Shown piece by piece: positions 29,216 through 45,037 of a DNA stretch of 64,000 nucleotides. The position numbers were made by a program, and so were the translations under genes. Each line of letters opens with the position of its first letter. The stretch's first letter is position 1. The notes beneath the pieces were generated by a model. The model did no database searches. It was not told where the DNA came from and saw only the letters and a program-made list of their open reading frames with translations. Source of the DNA: the human T2T-CHM13v2.0 reference genome, Homo sapiens. Where the stretch lies: assembly GCF_009914755.1 (NCBI RefSeq), contig NC_060927.1, one strand, 5' to 3'.

Positions 29216-29561
29216 GTTAGCTATGGTTGAGACTATTATTAGCACATTAGCACATATCATTCATATGTAGCATGCTTCATTTTATTGATTTTCCTTAGAT
29301 ACTATTCCTATTTCCTTGACAATGTAAAGAGTTCAACTGAGGTAGCTCATTTATTCTTCAGTATTTTTCCCATTTTTTCCCATTTTTTTCTTTCATTAAT
29401 TCATAATGCTTTATGCTGGTGTAATGATAATAGGGTGTAGACCTCTCCAGGGCTGTTGCTGCTCTGCCCATTAGCAAGGTTTTGGAGTTGGAAGTGACCT
29501 GTGAACAAGGGGTAGGGTTATTCTCTGAAGACTAACATGGTTTGAAGTCTCTGCCACTCAC

Positions 29562-29779
29562 CGGATCAGGCGGAGCAGGTCCAGGTAGGCTGTTCTTGCC
29601 ATGTCCACTTGGGCACCAGACAGGAAGGCGTCATGGAGAAAGTCACCCGAGTTAGTCAAGATTCCATGTATGGCATGGAGGTCACAGAGGCGCTTGAGCA
29701 CCTGCTGAATCGCTGGTTCATTTTCTAGTTTCTCCAGAGCTTCTGTAAAACCCTTCACAGTGACATAGTAGCAGTGCAC
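29562..29779 (-). CDS. ACOX2: ACOX2 exon 13 (218 nt)
   Basis: VHCYYVTVKGF...LDLLRLIR; TAG| and |GTGAGT. Confidence 0.96.
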
Positions 29780-30147
29780 CTACAAAGACACAAAGATATG
29801 TTCTCCTGATTTCTGGTTTTCTACTCCAGAAGTCACCCTGGAAGCATGGCAAGATGGCTGGAATAAACTTGAGGCATGATGTGCTTCCCAGCAGGCTGAT
29901 GAGCAGCTGCCTTTTCTCCTAGCTCTGGGTCTGATCAAGGCGTTTTGATGTTGTGTATATGTGTGTGTGTGGGGGGGGAGCGGGGACGGGGGGGACTGGT
30001 GGGCTTTGAAACATGGCCCTTGTTTTCTTTTGCTTGGAGCGGTTTCAAGTAGGTTGGAAAGTAGAAGGAAAGAATACAGGCATATTGGAGGCTGGCCTGG
30101 GGAAGGTGGAGGACAGCACCACTGTTCTTAAGAAATTAGCTATTTTA

Positions 30148-30470
<323 letters not shown>

Positions 30471-30979
30471 TAGCTATTTGTTGTCTGCTGTGTTCAAGTC
30501 AGTGGTGTGTGTGTGTGCGTGCACATGTGTGCACCATGGGGTGAGAAAGTTTCAAGATATATATGAAATTTATTCCAGCTAGAGTATAAACTCCTTAAGG
30601 TAAGCAGTGCTGTTATTTAGCCCATATGTTATGGTCTGGCTGTGGCAGTTGTAAAAATAATACTTTAATACCAGCTGGCAACTGTCCACTGCCATCAACC
30701 CTGTGAGAGCCCCTTCTGCCAGATGGACTCCTTCCCGAAGACCCCCTCCTTCTCTCCACAGCCCAGCAACTAAAGGATTAATGTTTGACTCAGCAGGAGG
30801 CCTTCAGGACCTTGCTTCCCCTAGGGCTAAAGTCCATTTTGATTGGTTGGTGCCTTGTCCTACTGGTTGTAACATATTTTGAACAGTCCGCATCTCGTCA
30901 AGACAAGCACACACAATTATTTTGTCAGGTAGGATATATGAGTTCTATAAGGGAGAGCAAGGAAGAGAGAAAGTATAAA

Positions 30980-31774
<795 letters not shown>

Positions 31775-34700
31775 TCACCCAGGCGGACATGAGTTGGGGG
31801 AAAGGTCATTCCAGGCAGGGGGAGCTTTATGTGCAAAAGGCTGTACTTTCAGGAAGCTGCAGGCAATTTAATGAGGCTGAAGTGTGGTGGTATAATGAGG
31901 TGATGATGGGGAACCATGGAGGTTAGGGTGGACTCATACCTGGGGCCCAGGTCAGTGAAGGGCTGTGAATAACATGGTCAGAATTTGCTCTGTGGGACTG
32001 GGAGTCTTCAGCTGGGCAGTGACCCGATCCGCTTTCTCACTTGGAAAGAACTTGTGTTTCCTAGGGGGCCCTCACACAGGTGCTGACAACTCCACTTTGC
32101 CATTCAGACATGGTGTGCTCACAGCCATGCTGGGCTTGCAGCATTTGGCTGTGGAAGGTGAGCAGATGTGCTGTGTTGCCTCTGCTGGCTCCAGTAGCCT
32201 TTGTTGCTCAGACTGGGTCCAGCTTGGCAGAACTGCGGACCCGCACTCCTTTTCCTGTCCTAATCTGAGAGCCACATCCTCAAATGCTCAAGGCTCTGAG
32301 TTGAGGAGTGGAGTGATGGAGAGCTGCCCAGGGGCCTGGGCCTTAAAAAGCAGGATGAGGATCAGAGACAGAGGTGACCTCTACACTTTGGGGAAGGGCT
32401 GAGCTGAACCTTGGCCCCACGCTCTGAGCACAGTGAACATTATTTACATTGTGTGTGTTGGTTTAAATCTTGCCTCCTGTCTAATTTGGGGGTGGGGGTG
32501 CTAGCTGCCTCTCTAAGTTTTACTTATTTAATCTTTATTAGAATCCTACAAAGTAGGTACTGTTATTAGCTCTATCTTGCAGACGAAGAGACTGAGGCTC
32601 TGAAAGATTAAGTTTTTTGCCCAAGGTCATGGCTAGGAAGTGGTAGCAGTGAGATCCACACCAGGGCTGTATTCCTAACCCTGTGTGGCCAAAGCCACAG
32701 GAGACTGAGGCTGGATTATAATGAGGCCAGCATTTGTTCCCATGGTCCTGGAGACTGACATCTCTTCTGGTCAGAGTCTGAATTATAGGACCACGGCCTG
32801 ACAGAGCCTAAAGGGCTCTTCCATGCCCCTTTGTCTACAGACAGGGAAGTTAAAGCCCAGAGAGGGAAGGGGCTGCTTGAGGTCACACAGAGCTGGGACC
32901 AGAATTTAGCCCGTGGCTCCCCCTTGTCTACTCTTCTGGCAGTATCATCCCCTCTTCCCTCAAGTTGCAGTTATCTCTACCTGCACATTTATGGTTTCTA
33001 GATGGGGCCCAGTTGGGTGCTGAAGCTTTCTGTAGACTAAATAACCCCACAAAGCACAGAGAGTACAGAAAGCCCTATCCATTATGACCTTGGAGACTCA
33101 GCTGGGGCACCACCTCCCCAGGAAGCTGTCAGGGACGTGTTCTTCCCCCGCAGGCTGGCTGGCTGTCACCCTCCATCCCCCCAGAATTTGTTGCTCACCT
33201 CAGTCACTCATCACACCCTCAGTGGTGTGGGAAGGGAAAGCATCTGGACTCAGCTATTTCCTACCTCTGGGACCTAAGTCCTGAGTTCTCTTTCCTCACC
33301 CTTGAAGTGGAAATAATGTCAGTCTCCCTCCCAGGGCTGTGTGGATTAAATGAAGTAACCCTGGCAAGCAGCATCTGGTCCATTTGAAGGCAGGCCATAG
33401 GTTTGGAAAATGAATGAGTGGATAATGGGTGGCTGTGGTTTCTGTTTTGGTGATCCAGTGAAAGCAGGAAGCCTTGGTTCACCCTCTGTGTTGACAGGAC
33501 AGTTAGCACAGCAGGGGGTGCCCCTGCTGTAGGCTGAGCAGAACTGAGGGCTGCAGAGGTAATCCCATCACGTGTGGTGTGGTGGAGGTGGTGGGTCACG
33601 TGGTGGTGCTCAACGTCCAGCCTGCCTGACCAGCCCTGTCCCACGAGGGCCTCTGCAGCCCTTCAGGGCTCTCCTGTTCCAAGGCTGCCATTTTCTGGGT
33701 CTGAGGCCTGAGGATTGGCGTGATCACTTTAGTTTTCCAGTTATTGGCGGTGCCAGAGTCCCAGCTGCCTAAGCTAGAACTCAGGAGTTGTTCTTACCTC
33801 TTTCCCACCCCAGCACTCTGAGGCCTGTCCCTGCCTTCTTCCCCCTTAGCATCTCTGATCTACCCACTTGTCTCCAGGCCTTCTGCCATGCTCATGGTCA
33901 GGACCACCCTCAGTCCCGGTTCAGACTTGCTCCTTTCTAACTTGCTCCCTTTCATTCCATCCTGGGCAACCTGCATGATTCTTCTAGAATGAAACTGATC
34001 ACTTTACCCCACCTCCAAACAAACTCAGCAAAGGCATTGCAATGAAAACAAAACCCCAACTTTTCACAGTGGTGCAAAAGGTCAGAGGCCTTGCCTGTCT
34101 CTCCTTCTCCCCTAGTCTCAGTCCTTCTCCTTAGGTCCTCCTTGGGAGATTTGCACTTCCTCCCAAGCACACCAGGATCCTTCTTGCTGCTTCCTTTTGC
34201 ACGCGCAGCTCCCTTTGCCTGGAAACTTTTCTCTCCAAAGCTGCCACCCCACCCTTTAGCTGGCTAATTTCAGCTTATCCTTGAAGTCTTAGCTGATATG
34301 CCACTTCTTTTGGGAAGCCTTTCTGACTCCTCCAGGTGGGCAGAAGTGTACCTGCTCTGGGATTCCATAGCAGCCTGTATTTCCCTGTCATGGTGCTTCC
34401 TTGATTGTAGCCGTGCATGGGCAGTGGCTTCACTGTTGAGCACCCAGGTCAGTGCCCAGGGCAGAGTGGGTGCTCAAATATTTGCCGACCGACTGTGAAT
34501 TATGCAGAAACACAAAACGAGTGGAAATGGAATCAGACATCCAAGGATTGCCTGTGGGGCTAAGGGGAGACTTGACCTGCTTTTCTATCTGGGAGGAAAT
34601 ATTTGAACAACCTGAAGCAAATCCAATAACACTGCCTCATTACCTTTTCCCCTAAGAGCTGCCAGCAAGATTGCTTTGGAGTTAAGTCCTTTAATTAAAA

Positions 34701-34850
34701 TACCCTGGACTAAAGCCTTGGAAGTGAAATGAGGGCAGCCGCCACTGAAGCAGAGTTGGGGAATAATGGCAGAGCCCGGATTTTCCCAGCAGGGTAGCCT
34801 GCCTGGGAAGCAAAATGGATCCCTTTCAGCTTCAGCTGGCAGGCGCTCAC

Positions 34851-34956
34851 CTTAGCAGCCTGGAGGTGTATGACAGTGGTCTGGTTCCAAGCCTCGTGCT
34901 GGTCAGCTCCGGATTGCGTCAGGGTCTGTAAATGCTGCACTGAGTCCTTTATGAGC
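34851..34956 (-). CDS. ACOX2: ACOX2 exon 12 (106 nt)
   Basis: LIKDSVQHLQTL...HLQAAK; CAG| and |GTGAGC. Confidence 0.96.
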
Positions 34957-36780
34957 CTGAAAGCCAAAGCAAAAAAGGTTCAGCTTCCTGACTGAGTGGA
35001 AAAGACAACTGATGGGCTTCCTGTGGTCCCTCAGAAGTAGAAATAATGCCTGTTTATTGACCACTTATGTGCCATAAAGCTAAATGATTGATATTTATTA
35101 TCTTTTTAACTCTTTTAAGGGCAGGCACCCCCCAGTTTGCAATGGGGAAAACTGAGTCCCAGAGAGGTTAACCAATTTGTCCAGGGTCACACAGCTAGTA
35201 AGGAGTGGAGCCAGGATTTTGACTTGTTGTTAATCGCCATGTTATAAAGCCTCAGGGCCACAGGCCAGGAGCTGTCCCCTATTTCTAATGCAGATTCCAG
35301 CCTCACACCAGTATGTTCAGGCCTTTTTGTTGACTGACGTCCTGTGGCCTGAGCAAGGAGAATGGTTTTTCTGTAAAGGCTAGAGAGGCCCGTCGGTCAC
35401 CTAGCCTGCTGCAGGTTCTACCCAAGGGACCTAAAAACAAAAAGAGAAAACCAACCTTTGTCCTGCAAACCACTAAATTAGTCATTAAATAACCTTTAAT
35501 CCCCTCTTATTTTCTATTCCCTGCCCATCCATCCATGACCCTTAGAATTTGTGTGTAAAGCAAACTGTTTATTAAGCAATATGTTTTTTGCTTTGTCAGG
35601 GAATAGATAAGCAGATGTCACACTGAGTTTCAAGCAAGGAGAAATACCATGACACTTTAATCACCTCGAGCAGCCTTATCTTCCCCTCCTCAAATCTCCC
35701 AATTGAAATGTTAGCTCTATGAGTTTGGGGTGTTTATCAGGCCTATTTACTGATAGGTCCCTAATGCCTAGAACAGTGCCTGCCATATTATAGGCAGTTA
35801 ATAAATATTTTTGGAATAAATAAATGAATGTTCCAAGTTGCTTGTGATCTTGAAATAACTATTAACCATCCCTGGGACCACAGGTTGGGATATAAGACCT
35901 CTTATTATATACTGAAAATATGTTTTTCCAGTTTGTTTTTGGTGTTTCCTTTTTATTTTTTTATTAAAATTTTTTGTATTTTTGGTAGAGGTGGGGTTTC
36001 ACCATGTTGCCGAAGCTGGTCTCAAACTCCTGAGCTCAAGCAATCCGCCCACCTCGACCTCCCAAAGTGCTGGAATTACTGGTGTCAGCCACCATGCCCA
36101 GCCTGTTTTCGGTGTTTTAATTTGGGGGCAGCATTCAGAACGTTTTCTTTTTAGGTAGTTAAACCTCCATCTTTTCCATGGTGGTATGTGTGTTTGGTCA
36201 GGACCTCTCTATTCCCAGCCCCTGGCACATTTGTTCATTCCTAACACATAGTAGGTACTGAACAATATTTGTTGAATGACAGAATGGATGAGTCCTTGGT
36301 TTTGTCCATGTTCCCTGGAGCCTACTAGACCCTGGAAATAAATGAATTCTATCCCGTGGTGTAGTCATATTTTCAAAAATTATTTTTAGATTATGGGATA
36401 TTTCAAACGTACGAGTGAGTATTGCTTTATTTATTGGTATTTGCATATCAATACATTTGGAGTATTTACATATGGGTACATTCGTTGTATTGCAAATCAC
36501 CATAGGACCCTAGAGATTTTAAAAATATCTCACTGGCCAGAGGTGTGATGTCCTTCTACTACTGTGACCAGGATGGGGAAGTGACGGGGGTCCATGGCTG
36601 ATGGGGGGGACATCCCCTCTCTCTGCCCATGGTGGCAGGAACTGAGAGGACCGGGGAGGCTAGGCATGGGGTGGTTTTTAGAACTGAATCCACGAATGTC
36701 CACCCAACCAATCCAAAGGCCCTAGTGTGGCATGGAGCCTGTGCCCAGGTGGGATGGCTGATTTCTCAGCACTGGCTTAC

Positions 36781-36960
36781 CTTACTGCCACATGTGCCCA
36801 GGCCGTGGTGTAGAGCTCCGGGCAGAGGAAGTCGGCTGCCCTCTGGGCTGGACACCTGGCCAGGTCAGGTGCGGTGAGATATGCGACAGATGGAGAGAGA
36901 GATCTCTGTGGCGTGGAGCCAGGGGACATCTGAGTCTGCAGGTAGCTCTTCACCAGGAAC
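36781..36960 (-). CDS. ACOX2: ACOX2 exon 11 (180 nt)
   Basis: FLVKSYLQ...AWAHVAVR; CAG| and |GTAAGC. Confidence 0.96.
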
Positions 36961-37932
36961 CTGGGGGTTGGAAGAGGAGGCAGGTGAGAGGGCAGAGACT
37001 CTGTGAGACAGCCCAGCACCCCTCACTCCCAGAGACAGGCAAGCTCATGCTAGGTTCCAGCCTTCCCGTGGGAGAGCCAGGTCACCAGGCCTCTGCCTGG
37101 CCTCCCTCCTGAGGGTTCCCCCTCGGGCCGTCCTGCCTCGAGGCCCTCAGTCAGGCATATCCCAGGACCTGTGGAGCTGGGCCAGACACTCTCTGATCCT
37201 GAACATAAACCCTTCTGTGATCTGAGCAAACAGAATTTTCCATCAGAACACTGTGATTTTGGGATTTATAATGACTTGTACAGTGACTGGGTGGAAATTA
37301 AATTTTCTTAGCTGAAAAAAGAAGGATAGAGGCAAGAATGCTAACAGGAGTAGGAGGATTATAGGTGACTCTCAACTGCTGCTTTAGGATAATCCAGTGG
37401 TTACAGGTTCTGGGCTTAGACAGCCCTGGATTCCCATACAGCCTCGCCGAGACCTGTGTGATGAAAGAAGCTTCACCTCCCAAGTCTCTGTTTCTCTAGC
37501 TCTAGGTGGGGAGGACAGTTCTCATCTGATTGAGGGTTTGTGAAATGGAATGAGATGATATTTGTAGAGTGCTTGGCACAGTGCAGAGTACATAATATGT
37601 GCTATTGTACTCCTTTTCTAATTTGGAAAAAAACCAAGGGATGTTATATATTTTTAAAAATATAATAAATGTTGTTTTTCATATTTGCCAGTGAACTTCT
37701 TTCTCCTTGCATAGGGAAGCATTTGCCCTGTTTGTTCACCTGAGAATAGGTGAGGATGAGGCTCTGTCGGCCTCCAGGGCCCACAGACCTAAGAGGGATG
37801 AAAAGAAATCGCCTGTGTGGAGGAAGCTGACTTGGCCATTGCTTGGAGCCTCTGTGTGCAGGCTCTGCACCAAGCTTAGGCGATGCTAAAGCGAGCAAGG
37901 TAGGGGTAGTCCCTGCCCTCAGGGAGCTCCTA

Positions 37933-38482
<550 letters not shown>

Positions 38483-38820
38483 TCATTTTCCTATGAGCAC
38501 TGGGAAGCCGTTGAAGAATTTCAAACCAGAGAAAGATGTGATCCTCCCTAGGCTCTGAACAGATCCCTCCGGCTGCCTGTGGAGAAGCAGGACAGGATAG
38601 AAGCAAGAGACCAGGGAGGGGTCTGAGGCTGTGGTGGAGGTGAGAGAGGATGGTGGCCTAGAAGTGGATAGGTTAGTCATACTGGGGAATTGGACAGCTC
38701 CCAAATAGCACTTCGCAAAGCCTGCTCTTTTTATGGGCCTCAGACGGAACCCTCCACCCAACAGAAGCTTGGTGGGTCCCCAAGGGCTTGGGCAAAGGCC
38801 TGGGTCAGCCTGGACCTTAC

Positions 38821-39011
38821 CTGGCCACCTGCAGGTAGAGCACTGTGTTCTCACCCTCGTAGGTACAGGAGGCCGACAATTTGGTGACCAGTGATGGCAG
38901 GCCACTCAGCTTTGAGTAGCCATGTCCGCCACAGGCCCTGCGGCACATCTCAGCTCCCTGGGTGCAGAATTCTGACATCATGGCCTTCATGCCCGTGCTC
39001 AGTGCGTGGAG
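38821..39011 (-). CDS. ACOX2: ACOX2 exon 10 (191 nt), CGGHGY and TYEGENTV motifs
   Basis: LHALSTGMKA...CRRACGGHGYS...CTYEGENTVLYLQVAR contains acyl-CoA oxidase signature motifs. Confidence 0.97.
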
Positions 39012-39399
39012 CTGTGAGAACATGGAGGGGGGTTGGGCGGTGTTAGGGGGCCTCCACCATAGGGACCAACCCTGTGCACCACTTACTGAGCATCTACTCA
39101 TGCCCAGCTCAGCTCTGAGGTAAGAAGTGTTTCCTCTGCTCACAACTTTATGAATGAGAAGGCGGGTACTCAGCTTATGTGACTCACCCAGAGGCACACA
39201 ATTAGGCAATGTAGCTGTAGGGGCATAAGAGTGAAGGAAAACCTGGCCTGGCCAGTGTCTCCAGGATTGGGAAGAGGGTGCTGCCTGGATTGGGCCCACA
39301 AACCTCCAGGAGTTACGGATTTTGCTGGCCTGGGTTTTAGAAAGCTAGCTTATGAGGATGGGTGTCCACTGTAAGCCCACTTACTGGGTTGTAGGAGGG

Positions 39400-40425
<1,026 letters not shown>

Positions 40426-41147
40426 GCTGCTGGGCAGCAGGACTGCTTTCAGATTTTGGTTCTTGAAGACCCTGCCTATCTTTGGAGCTTTCAAGTCCTT
40501 GGGAGGAAAGTTATGTCCCTTGATCTCTCTGTGCCTCATTGCAGTTGGAAGGGTTAATGAGCAGTGCTTATAAAGCATGGTAGCCTGGACAGACTGAATT
40601 TTACTATATATGTAAGTCCACAATGCTTTACCTGAGACCTGTGAGCCAGATGTGTTTAGGAATCAGAGTAACTTTTGGATTATAGAGAGGCCAAGTGGCA
40701 TTTAAAGTGCATTTTATATAATAGCCCCAGTGGGGTTTGGGGCAGCTTTAGTGATTAAACACATTAATAATTTTACTGCAAAATGTATTCACACTCAGAG
40801 GGATAAATCAGGTCAGTTCAGGTCAAACTATGCCACCAAATGAGTTCCAAACAACTGTTTTTCGGAGCTTTTCAGGTTTCAAATACACATCAGGGGTTGT
40901 GGACCTGTGTTCTCTACGCTAGGTGTGATTGTTTTCTCTTAGTATGTTTGTAGCTCTCTGGGGGCTGGTTGTGGGTAAATTTATATACCAGGGTGCCGTT
41001 CACCCAGACGCCCTGGGATGCTGAAAGCTGGGAGAGGTGGGGGTGGGGAGTGCCCATGGGGATGGGGCTGTGGCTGCTCCCCAGTGAGTGGAACAATCTT
41101 AGCTCCCAGCGCCTGCCAGCGCCTGCCCCTCCGCAGACAGCAGGTAC

Positions 41148-41310
41148 CTCAGGCAGGAAGCTGAAGTCTTGGTTCAGAATGGCAGTGTAGGAGTGCTGGA
41201 AGAACTCCAAGAGGCTGACTGCCAGGAAATGGAAGGCATAACTGATGGCCAGCTGAGGAAAGAGTTTCTGCTGTTGTGTCTGGTAGTCCAGGACCTTTGC
41301 CTCTGGGTCA
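41148..41310 (-). CDS. ACOX2: ACOX2 exon 9 (163 nt)
   Basis: (S)DPEAKVLDYQTQQQKLFPQLA...DFSFLPE; CAG| and |GTACCT. Confidence 0.95.
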
Positions 41311-42819
41311 CTGAAGGGAAAAGAACCAGAAGATTTAGATCACTACCTGTTGTGTCCACCTTCCCCTATCCCCGACACCATAAAAACCTTAAAAACAGAC
41401 AGTTCCTTAGAACTCATTGCAAAACTTGAACTGACATGAGGCCATTGATAATCCTTTAAAAATCCCATCTAACATGAACATCCACACATTTCACTGCAGG
41501 AATACTGACACATTTGTTGGTGGGTACTGCCCCTTGTTAAGGGAGGCTTATAGAATTCCAGCATATACACAGTATTATCCTAAAACCTGAAAAGTTCTGA
41601 GACTCCAACACGTCTGGTCCCAAGATTTCAGGTGAAGAGTTGTGGCCCTGCACCTGTGATGATTTGAACCTGTGACCTTCCACTGCCCGTGTGCACTTGC
41701 CGCGCGCTGAGGAATATGTCAAGCCTAAACAATAACTCTTAGGATGTAAACTCAGGTCTGATGGAACCCCAAGGAAGGGACTGTGTCTGCCTTATCCGCT
41801 GCTATGTCCTCAGTGCCCAAGGCTATGTCCGGCATTTAGGAGCTCGCAGTAACTGGATTGAAAGAGGATGTGATTACAAGAAGCCTCCTCTACAGACAGC
41901 AGCTGCTTACCTGGCGCATCTTTCTTATAACCACCCTGGGGACACTTCTGCAGCCCAGATAAATGGGCCTCGGGCAGGACAGCAGCAGAAGCCCCTTCTT
42001 CCCAGTGGCCCTGTCCTCCAGAGAACTCTTGCAGCCCAGATTCTGAAGCCCAGGCCAGGCGAGGGCGCTGTGAGCTTGCCAGAGGAAAGGACCCTGGGCT
42101 GAGGACTTAATGTGCCTTACTGCATTTCACCCTCCACACCACACTGAAAGGCCACTTCTGCCACACCCATTTTGTAGCTGAGGAAGCTGAGGTATGAAGT
42201 GAAATGGCCGAGCTGAGTGTTCACAGAGGGTTCAGGCAGCCCTTGCTATTCTGTGCTGTGGGGTGGAGGGAGTGGTAGCAACACAACCAATTACAACAAA
42301 AGGGATCCAGACTAGACATACCAGTGGGATGCTGACAGCACAGCTGGACAGAACGAGCTCAGCCACACACAGTCGATATGATATTGGATTTTGCTAGGCT
42401 CGGCCTGACAGAATCAACTCAGCCAGCCATAGTCTGATGCAGCTGGCAACTGGCTGACCCAGACCCGTCCAACCCGTCACAGCCGCACAGAACACGGCTG
42501 GACTCGGACAGACACAGAGTCAGACAGACCTGGTGCTACAGGGCCAAAGACACTATCACATAGAGCCCGATGGGGGCCAGGCACTGAGGATGCAGGTTAG
42601 GCCGGCTGGTCAGCCCTGTTAGAGGCAGCCAGAGAGACTCCTCTGACATGCCCAGATGGGGCCAGGCTGGGTAGATTTTGTGTTTGTGTGTGTGTATGTG
42701 GTGGGGGGCATTGCCTGCTCCCAGCACTCTGGCTCTGGCAGAAGGGTGGTGTCAGGGGGAGGCACTGTGGGACCAAGAGGCAGCATATCTGCGGTAGTCA
42801 GTCACTGGGCACCCCTTGC

Positions 42820-42992
42820 CTGGGCCGGAGCCGGGATTGGCGGCGGATGACCGAGTAGCGCATGGCGATGACACAGGCCTTCTGCAGTATAGGGAGGATC
42901 TCCCCTGACAGCAGCTCCACCCGCACCACCACCATGGGAAGGTAGTTGCTCTGTGCTGTACCGAGTTTGACGTAGGTGCCATCTGGCAAGAC
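42820..42992 (-). CDS. ACOX2: ACOX2 exon 8 (173 nt), followed by a GC donor
   Basis: VLPDGTYVKLG...RYSVIRRQSRLRP(S). Among the nearby sites, only CAG|GCAAGG keeps frame with exon 9. Confidence 0.93.
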
Positions 42993-43604
42993 CTGTGTGG
43001 AACAAGGACAGGCACAAGTTCTGGGCCAAGGCTTCCCAGGATGCCCTCGCTTCTCCAGAGCTGTGGGGCTCCACACATGGAGGGCACCTCGCCCCTCAAC
43101 CGGCGCATCTGGAGTTGGAGTGTTAAAATACCAGGCCATTTCCCCAAGTGCCCTGCTTCACAGTGCCTCTCCTGGGACACCCCGGACCTCCCCACGACCC
43201 ATAACTAAAGGGGTGATGCCTGGCAGAATTGGGACCTTCAGAACTCCTGCTGGCATTCTGGCTGGTATCTGTTGGGCGATTGGCTGTGTCAGGCCTCACT
43301 GTGGGTAAATATTATGCAGGTCACCTCAGCCCTATCCTCTCCTGGGGCTGCCACCCCACCCCACGATTGCTCTGTCAGCCTATGTGACGAGCATTTCTGC
43401 ATGAGAGGTCTGAGGCTCTGTGCCCAAGATCATACTGCTCCTAAGCAGGGGTTTCACCCCAATCTGTGGGATATCAGAGCCTCTCTTGGGGGAGGAGGTT
43501 ATGTGGCCCAAACTAAGCTCTATGGAGGACCCAGGCCCAGCCTGCACAAAGCGCAGGTCCCCTCTCCAGGAAGTACAAGTCCCCGGCCTCCCCAGATCTG
43601 TAAC

Positions 43605-43720
43605 CTGTGCAAAGCGACTCAGCATGTTCTCCCTGGGGACCCGCACATGGTTCAGCTGCAGGAAGCCATTGTCTGTTTGATCAAAGTCCATCTTGGGTCC
43701 GATGTCCCCAATGATGATTC
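43605..43720 (-). CDS. ACOX2: ACOX2 exon 7 (116 nt)
   Basis: GIIIGDIGPKMDFDQTDNGFLQLNHVRVPRENMLSRFAQ; AAG| and |GTTACA. Confidence 0.94.
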
Positions 43721-44046
43721 CTTGAAGGAGATGGAGATGAGGACACCTATCAGTTGAGAGAGTGCTTGCTATGTGGCAGGTATCATACACACATTCCAGG
43801 TCACAGCAGCCTGTGACACTGGGATTATTGTACCTATTTTGCAGGTGAACAAGCTGAGGTCAGAAAGATGCTAAATCTTGCTCAAGTTCACCTAGCCAGT
43901 TAGCACCAAGTCTGTCCAACTGGACCGCTCCCTGCCCAAGGGAGACATGTCTTAGCTACTCCTGTGGCCCTCTGGGGCCCCAGGTCAGGGAGGCCACCTG
44001 GGCTCTCCTCCTGGCAGGGTTCCTTGAGGGAGCATTATGGGCTTAC

Positions 44047-44166
44047 CTGGCAGTGGGGTGTGGTCCTGAAGACTCCGGATTGGCACAATAAAAGCGTGCA
44101 TGCCCCGCCTGGCTCCTGAGCAGATCAGCTGGGCCTGGACCAGGGCATGGGTGGCTGACCGTCCCA
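44047..44166 (-). CDS. ACOX2: ACOX2 exon 6 (120 nt)
   Basis: LGRSATHALVQAQL...HAFIVPIRSLQDHTPLP; |GTAAGC. Confidence 0.96.
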
Positions 44167-44659
44167 CTGAGGGCAGAGAGAGTAGCGGCCCGTCACAGGA
44201 AGACCTGTGCATTGCTTTTCCCAACCAACCCAGCCTCCTGGGGCTGGGGTTTTGGATGGGTACCTCTGGGGCCCTGAAAAGTCACTGATCAAAGAGAGAG
44301 GGGATTGCCCCCAAAGAACCAAGCAAACCTAGCAGCGTTGGCAAAGGCACTGTGAAATGATCCAGCTTTTTTTTTGCCCCCCCCAACTATTAATGAATTA
44401 CTCTGTCATCAACCTTATAATAATGAATACAGATAATTATCATTTATCAAAATCTAGGTGGCGCTAGACCCTGTGATAGATGCTTTCCAGTTCTTGCAGG
44501 GGAGAGAGGATGATGAGTCCCATTTTCCAGTTAAGGAAACAGGCTCAGAGAGTAGAGTGACACACTGAAGGTCATTGGCCTGGAGGGGCAGAGCTAGGAT
44601 TCATCTGTACCCTGGTCTGTCTGATCTAAAAGGCTGGTTTCTTTTGTCTTCATTTTTGA

Positions 44660-45037
<378 letters not shown>

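Noticed and set aside
31835-31855. ggctgtactttcagg resembling the U3 snoRNA 5' end
   Set aside because: The match is only ~15 nt and does not extend.
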